Assembly: GCA_039030335.1 (NCBI GenBank)
Contig: JBCCEJ010000004.1
Location: forward strand, 9,771 to 73,770
Direction of reading: 5' to 3'
Length of the DNA: 64,000 bases
Source: Pseudomonadota bacterium
GTDB taxonomy: Bacteria > Pseudomonadota > Gammaproteobacteria > HK1
In this document: one piece after another, positions 58,797 through 64,000 of the stretch
How positions within the stretch are numbered: the stretch's first letter is position 1
Layout: each line of letters begins with the position of its first letter
Translations under genes and position numbers: made by a program
Notes under the pieces: generated by a model
Database searches by the model: none
Seen by the model: only the letters and a program-made list of their open reading frames with translations
What the model was told of the DNA's origin: nothing

Positions 58797-59627
58797 ATGG
58801 GCGACACGGTGAGCACGCGTTCAACCATTACGTTGACTGCTCCCGGCGGCGGGATTGTCGAACTCGACGCGGATGGCGCACACGTAACCCGCTGGCGCGA
58901 TGCCGCGGGGCGTGAGCAGCTGTTCCTTAGCAGCGCTTCTCAGTTCGGGCCCGGCGCGGCGATTCGCGGCGGCGTGCCGGTCATTTTTCCGCAGTTCTCA
59001 GACTTTGGCGGGGGGCAGCGTCACGGCTTCGCCCGGAACCTCCGGTGGACATTGATTGAGCAAAGCGAAGCGCATGCGAGATTGACGCTCGCGGCAAGCG
59101 ACGTCACGCGGGCGCTCTGGCCGCACGAGTTCGAGGTGACCTACACCGTGACGGCTGATGACCGCGCGCTCAGCCTGGCCCTCGATGTGCGAAACACCGG
59201 GCAGGCACCGTTCGACTTCGCAGCCGCCTTGCACACCTATTTCGCTGTGAATGACATCGACGCGGCGGAGATTCATGGCCTGAACGGTGTCGAGGGTTTC
59301 GACAACAATCACCGCAACATCGTGTTCGCCGAAGGCGCGCCATCACTGCGGTTTGCCGGGGAGGTAGACCGGGTGTTTTTCGATGCGCCCCGATCGCTCG
59401 AACTCCTCGACGGTGAACGTAAACTGCGGATCGAGTCCGAGACATTCCCCGACGCGGTGGTCTGGAATCCAGGTGCTGAAAAGTCAGCGGCGCTTAGCGA
59501 CATGGAACCCGACGGCTACCGGCGTTTCGTCTGCGTTGAAGCTGCGATCGTGCGGGATCGGGTGACGCTCGGGGCAGACGACTGCTGGCGCGGGGCACAG
59601 AAGCTGCTCGTTGACGCCTCCGGTTGA
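58797..59627 (+). CDS. D-hexose-6-phosphate mutarotase (aldose-1-epimerase family, YeaD-like)
   Basis: IFPQFSDFGG...HGFAR and VVWNPG motifs of glucose-6-phosphate 1-epimerase. Confidence 0.75.
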   Translation: MGDTVSTRSTITLTAPGGGIVELDADGAHVTRWRDAAGREQLFLSSASQFGPGAAIRGGVPVIFPQFSDFGGGQRHGFARNLRWTLIEQSEAHARLTLAASDVTRALWPHEFEVTYTVTADDRALSLALDVRNTGQAPFDFAAALHTYFAVNDIDAAEIHGLNGVEGFDNNHRNIVFAEGAPSLRFAGEVDRVFFDAPRSLELLDGERKLRIESETFPDAVVWNPGAEKSAALSDMEPDGYRRFVCVEAAIVRDRVTLGADDCWRGAQKLLVDASG

Positions 59628-59646
59628 GTCTGGCCGGCCGAACCCG

Positions 59647-60609
59647 TCACGCGGCCGCCAGTATCGCCTCGATGATCCGCTGCACGGCCAGCGCGTCGGC
59701 GAACGTGGGCATGGGACTCGCCTCCCGATCGATAGCCCGCGACGCGGCCTGCAGCTGGTGGTCATAGCCGGCTTCGCGCGGGTCGTCCACGTCAACGAGT
59801 TGCCGAACGAACTCCCCGCCATTTGAAGCGTACAACTGGTTCCAGTCGAACACGCGCAGCGATTCGTCGCTACCCCAGAACGTCGCTTCCACCAGATCGG
59901 GCCCTGCGCCGCCTACGCTGCCGGCTACGGTCACGGGTACGCCGCCTGCTTCGAGTAATGCGGTCACGTGAGTCTCGGCTGCTGGCGCCGGAGGGTAGTG
60001 CGTGGCGGCGTGTGTCAGTTCTGGCGCGCCCAACAGGCGTTGCGTGAGATAGATCCAGTGGGACAGTACCTCGCGCGCAAATCCGCCGTCTTCCCGGTAG
60101 CTAAGCCAACTGGCGGCATCCATTTGCCAGCCGCGGGGCCACGTTGAAAAATGCAGGCGAATGTCGAGACCGGAAAGCGCACCAGTGGCGCCGGACTGGA
60201 TGCGGCGCTCGATCTCCGTTGTCGCGAGTGCGGCTGCGAGCGAGAAGTTGACGATGTTGACGACCCCGGCCTTCGCCGCATGGTCGACCAGACCGGCTGC
60301 CCGTGCATCGTCGACGTCGAGCGGCTTTTCGCAATAAACCGCTTTGCCGGCGTCCATCGCAGCGTGCGCATGTACAGCGTGGAATCGCGGCGGCGAAGCG
60401 ATGTAGACGACGCTGACATCCGGGTTGTCGATGGCAGCGCTCGCACTGTCGGCCACGATGATGTCCGGATAGGTTTCGCGGACGCGTTGGCAGGCCAACG
60501 GATCCGGATCCCATACGCAAACGATGTCGAAGCCCGCGTATTTACGCATGTTGCCGAGCATGCGCTGACCCATGATGCCGAGCCCGATAATGGCGGTGCC
60601 GTGTGACAT
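59647..60609 (-). CDS. Gfo/Idh/MocA-family NAD(P)-dependent oxidoreductase
   Basis: AIIGLGIMGQRM Rossmann motif and EKP motif (VYCEKPLD). ATG 60609. The ORF track gives 60741. Confidence 0.8.
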   Translation of the reverse strand: MSHGTAIIGLGIMGQRMLGNMRKYAGFDIVCVWDPDPLACQRVRETYPDIIVADSASAAIDNPDVSVVYIASPPRFHAVHAHAAMDAGKAVYCEKPLDVDDARAAGLVDHAAKAGVVNIVNFSLAAALATTEIERRIQSGATGALSGLDIRLHFSTWPRGWQMDAASWLSYREDGGFAREVLSHWIYLTQRLLGAPELTHAATHYPPAPAAETHVTALLEAGGVPVTVAGSVGGAGPDLVEATFWGSDESLRVFDWNQLYASNGGEFVRQLVDVDDPREAGYDHQLQAASRAIDREASPMPTFADALAVQRIIEAILAAA

Positions 60610-60790
60610 GGATGATGTTCCTGCGATGGTCTGGTCGCGTCCGCGGGAGTCGGTTTTGGAGCCCTGCTCCTGGACGATGCGGCGCGACCAGTCAGGCTCG
60701 TCGCGATGCTCGGGCGCACGTACTTCGCGCAACGATACCATTACCCGGCAAACGGGAACTGTCGAGTGAAGGCGACGCCATCAGCCGAAT

Positions 60791-60829
60791 AAAAAAGCCG
60801 GCGTCGGAGCCCCGACGCCGGCTTTTATT
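60791..60829. terminator. bidirectional rho-independent terminator (11-bp perfect GC stem, A-tract on the 5' side, T-tract on the 3' side)
   Basis: aaaaaaGCCGGCGTCGGagccCCGACGCCGGCttttatt lies between the aldehyde dehydrogenase stop and the Gfo/Idh/MocA gene, both on the minus strand. Confidence 0.65.
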
Positions 60830-60850
60830 GGTCCTGCGATGCGCTTGGGC

Positions 60851-62278
60851 TCAGGCTTCAGCGGCCTCGCGTTTGACGGTGATCACCTGCGAGTAGGTGA
60901 ATTCCTTCAGCCCTTCCATGCCGTATTCGACACCGAAGCCCGACTGCTTGTGGCCGCCGAACGGTGCGAGCGGCGAGACGTGCAGGAACTCGTTGACCCA
61001 CACGGTGCCCGTTTCGAGCTGCTCGGCGATTTCGACGCCTTTGTCGGGATCGTTGGTCCACACGGCGCCCGCAAGGCCGTATTCGGTGTTGTTCGCGCGC
61101 TCGATGACTTCCTCTTCAGTCGAGAACTTCAACAACGGCATGACCGGCCCGAACTGCTCTTCCGCGACGATGCGCGCATCTTCCGGGGGATTGTCCAGGA
61201 TCGAGATCGGCACGTAGTAGCCGGTTCCGCTCGGATCCACGTCTCCGCCCACCAGGAACTTGTAGCCGTTGTCCTGCGCGTCTTTGATGAGCTCGCACAC
61301 GCGGTCGAACTGCTTCTTGTTCTGGATCGGGCCGACACCGGTACCTTGCTCGGAGCCGTCGCCAACCTTGACCTGCTTGGCGTACTCCGCGATGGCGGCG
61401 CTCAGCTCGTCGTAGATGTCTTCGTGGATGTAAACACGCTTTGCCGCGACGCAAATCTGCCCGGCATTGGCGAAGCTCGACCAGAACAGCTGCTCGGCCA
61501 CTTTTTCGACATCCGCATCGGGCAGCACGATCGACGCATCGTTGCCGCCGAGTTCGAGCGTGATCCTCTTCAGATCTTTCGATGCACCTTCCATGATCTT
61601 CTTGCCGGTCGCGGTGGAGCCGGTGAAGGTGATTTTGTCGATATCCGGATGCGCGGTCATCATCGGCCCGAGCGAGTCTTCGCCGGTCAGGATGTTCAGC
61701 ACGCCGGCAGGCACTTTATCGGCGATGAGTTCGGCGATACGCAGCGTCGTCAGCGGCGTGAACGGCGATGGTTTCAATACGATGGTGCACCCCGACAGTA
61801 GCGCGGGCGCGATCTTCTGAACTGCCATCAGCACCGGGAAGTTCCACGGCACGATGCCGCCCACGACGCCCACGGGGACTCTGCGGGTGCGCGAGAGACG
61901 TTCTTCGCTGTCTTCGTTGATGACATCTTCGAACTCGAGCGCTGCCTGCGCGCGAATGTTGGCGGGCGCGCCGCCCATTTCCATCTGTGCCTGCGCGTGC
62001 GGCTTGCCCTGTTCGCTGGTGAGCAGGCGGAACAGTTCATCGTTGTGCTCTTCGATCGCGTCGGCGATGGCGTGGAGAGCGGTGCGGCGATCCTCAAGGC
62101 TGGACTTGGACCAGGTCTTGAAGGCGCGACGGGCTGCGGCCACGGCGCGATTGAGTTCACCTTCACCGCATGCCGGTACCTTGCCGATCACCTGTTCGTT
62201 GGCTGGATTGACGACGTCCATCCATTCGCCGCTGGTGATCATCTCCCCGTCGATCAGATTCTTGTATTCCGTTGTCAT
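60851..62278 (-). CDS. NAD(P)+-dependent aldehyde dehydrogenase
   Basis: ELGGNDASIV and FANAGQICVAAKR (catalytic Cys) motifs. GAGGAG SD. Confidence 0.9.
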   Translation of the reverse strand: MTTEYKNLIDGEMITSGEWMDVVNPANEQVIGKVPACGEGELNRAVAAARRAFKTWSKSSLEDRRTALHAIADAIEEHNDELFRLLTSEQGKPHAQAQMEMGGAPANIRAQAALEFEDVINEDSEERLSRTRRVPVGVVGGIVPWNFPVLMAVQKIAPALLSGCTIVLKPSPFTPLTTLRIAELIADKVPAGVLNILTGEDSLGPMMTAHPDIDKITFTGSTATGKKIMEGASKDLKRITLELGGNDASIVLPDADVEKVAEQLFWSSFANAGQICVAAKRVYIHEDIYDELSAAIAEYAKQVKVGDGSEQGTGVGPIQNKKQFDRVCELIKDAQDNGYKFLVGGDVDPSGTGYYVPISILDNPPEDARIVAEEQFGPVMPLLKFSTEEEVIERANNTEYGLAGAVWTNDPDKGVEIAEQLETGTVWVNEFLHVSPLAPFGGHKQSGFGVEYGMEGLKEFTYSQVITVKREAAEA

Positions 62279-62779
62279 TAGGCGGTCTCCTCGAGGCTTC
62301 GGGTTGACGTGTTGCGGGACTCGGTTGTCCCTGTCCCTGAGAAACTCTTGTCGTGACCGTATCCGACCGGGCGAATCGCGCTACCACGTCGACCTCGTGT
62401 TGCCCGACCCGCTGGTCCTTTGGTGCAAAGGGATTGAGCAGCGGCGTCAGACCGGGGTGTGGTGCAGTATTGCGGGCGGTCGTAATGCGGATGCGAAACA
62501 TTATCATTTGTAGTTGCAAAGAGGCCACACAAATCACGAACGCAACTGCGAGGCCGCGCGTTCTCAGACGGTGGTCGGCGCAGGCGCTGGGCGCGAGATC
62601 GAGGCTGGCGGACACAGGCAAAGCTCGGTGCGATCTGGCAGTGCACACGAAATCGAGCTTGCCGATGCCTGCCCGCAGGTGCCGGGGCGCGGTGGACCGA
62701 AAGTGCTCCTCCGTCATACTGAGGTGTCGCGGCCTGCCCACCGCCGATATCCGTCAAACCGAACGCCAGGAGCGCTGCC

Positions 62780-63817
62780 ATGCCTGTTTTGGACACTGCT
62801 ACTCTGGGACCGTACGACACCGCTGTTACCCGCTTCGCCTTCGGGGCGGGGTTCCTCGGCGACCCGGATGCCGTCACGACGGACGAAACCGCCTTGGCCA
62901 CGATGCAGGCCGCGTGGGATGCGGGCGTGCGCTATTTCGATACGGCCCCGTGGTACGGACACACCAAGAGCGAACATCGCGTCGGGCAGTTCCTGCGCCA
63001 CCAGCGGCGGAGCGAGTTTGTGCTGTCCACCAAAGTCGGCCGGCTCTACGGACGGCCGCAAGACCCCGCGGCGTTTCGTGAGACCGAACATGGTGCGCGC
63101 TGGGTGGGCGGTTATCCGTTCGTGCCGCGTTTCGACTACAGTCGAAACGGTATCTGCCGGTCTTACGAAGACAGCTTGCAACGCCTCGCGTTGAATCGCG
63201 TCGACTTTCTGGTCATCCACGATCTGGACCCGCGCCACCAGAAGGGTGAAGACGGCGTCAGCCGTGGCCTCGAGCAGTTGGATGCCGGCGGGGGCTATGC
63301 GGAACTGCGCGCACTTCGCGACCGTGGTGAGATCAAAGCGATCGGCGCGGGCGTCAATCACACCGGCATGATCCCGCGTTTCGTGGAGCGCTTCGACCTC
63401 GACTACTTCCTCGTTGCCATGCCGTACACGCTGGCTGACCAGTCAGCCCTCGACGGCGAATTCCAGCTCTGCGCGGAACACGGCGTCAAAGTCGTGATCG
63501 GCGCGGTGTTTGCGTCGGGTATTCTCGCGACCGGCGTGACCGATACCGCTCAATACGGCTACCAGAGCGCCGGTGACGACATCGTGCGGAAAGTGAGTGC
63601 CATCGAAGCGGTTTGCGAGCGTCACGATGTGGCGTTGCCGGCCGCTGCGCTGCAGTTCCCGTTGGCGCATCCGGTAGTGGCCTCGATCATTCCGGGCGCC
63701 AACGACCCGCAGCAGGTGCAAGCCAACGCGCGCTTCGTCTCGACGCCGCTGCCAGCTGCATTCTGGGAGGAACTTCGGCACGAAGGACTGATCCGAGGTG
63801 ATGCGCCGTTACCGTGA
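62780..63817 (+). CDS. aldo/keto reductase family oxidoreductase
   Basis: YFDTAPWYG motif and IPGANDPQQVQAN C-terminal motif. Confidence 0.85.
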   Translation: MPVLDTATLGPYDTAVTRFAFGAGFLGDPDAVTTDETALATMQAAWDAGVRYFDTAPWYGHTKSEHRVGQFLRHQRRSEFVLSTKVGRLYGRPQDPAAFRETEHGARWVGGYPFVPRFDYSRNGICRSYEDSLQRLALNRVDFLVIHDLDPRHQKGEDGVSRGLEQLDAGGGYAELRALRDRGEIKAIGAGVNHTGMIPRFVERFDLDYFLVAMPYTLADQSALDGEFQLCAEHGVKVVIGAVFASGILATGVTDTAQYGYQSAGDDIVRKVSAIEAVCERHDVALPAAALQFPLAHPVVASIIPGANDPQQVQANARFVSTPLPAAFWEELRHEGLIRGDAPLP

Positions 63818-63875
63818 CATCACTTGAGGATGGCTTCGCGGCGACTTTTGCTGACAGCGGTTACGCCATGCAGCG

Positions 63876-64000
63876 TCAAGCGCAATACCGCGCGTAGAAG
63901 GCCTCGCACTGCGCGGCCGATCTCAGCCAGTAGACATGGCGCAGACTGCGCTCGCGGTCGACGAGTTTCAGGAACTGCGGTCGAAGCTCGCGGTGTAACC
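63876..64000 (-). CDS. 3' end of an unidentified CDS that continues past the window end
   Basis: Minus-strand frame ...LHRELRPQFLKLVDRERSLRHVYWLRSAAQCEAFYARYCA* looks protein-like. Low confidence. Confidence 0.25.
   Translation of the reverse strand, partial: LHRELRPQFLKLVDRERSLRHVYWLRSAAQCEAFYARYCA

Noticed and set aside
62279-62779. 500-bp intergenic region between the divergent aldehyde dehydrogenase and aldo/keto reductase genes, considered as a possible riboswitch or sRNA
   Set aside because: It contains an AT-richer promoter-like patch (ttgcaaagagg...). I saw no recognisable riboswitch consensus or convincing structure by eye. Left as an ordinary divergent promoter region.
1-64000. 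CRISPR arrays, insertion sequences, integrases and phage genes
   Set aside because: I scanned for regularly spaced direct repeats and for transposase, integrase or recombinase-like ORFs and found none. The only repeats are the short tandem units listed as features.

Overview
High-GC (about 64-66%) proteobacterial chromosomal segment, densely coded on both strands. Intergenic regions are mostly short. There are no rRNA genes, CRISPR arrays, transposases or integrases.

Gene content is dominated by oxidoreductases and catabolic enzymes. These include three LLM/NtaA-DszA-type flavin monooxygenases and an HpaB-family monooxygenase sitting next to a MarR regulator. Also present are two tandem xanthine-dehydrogenase-family molybdopterin subunits, an amidase, two amidohydrolases, an acyl-CoA synthetase, an acyl-CoA dehydrogenase, a hotdog thioesterase, a family III CoA-transferase, an aldehyde dehydrogenase, an aldo/keto reductase and a Gfo/Idh/MocA oxidoreductase. 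Transporters comprise a TRAP system (dctQ, dctM, dctP), two MFS transporters and an MMPL/RND exporter. Housekeeping genes are argC, rlmKL and an aroE-like gene. There is also a hybrid histidine kinase, a rhomboid protease, an SPFH protein, a YegD-like Hsp70 and a PEP-CTERM protein.

The most unusual signals are:
1. A Bcp-type peroxiredoxin with an in-frame TGA exactly at the peroxidatic-Cys position, followed by a small hairpin. This is either a selenoprotein or a fresh pseudogene.
2. A degenerate tRNA-like element on the minus strand, next to a roughly 0.95 kb ORF-poor stretch that reads as lower-GC.
3. A Lys-rich tandem-repeat N-terminal extension on a flavin monooxygenase.
4. Tandem molybdopterin large-subunit paralogs with no partner subunits in the window.
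5. Several palindromic operator-like sites.

All coordinates come from reading the sequence and the supplied ORF track. Start codons are often ambiguous. Elements not anchored to the ORF track may be off by a base.
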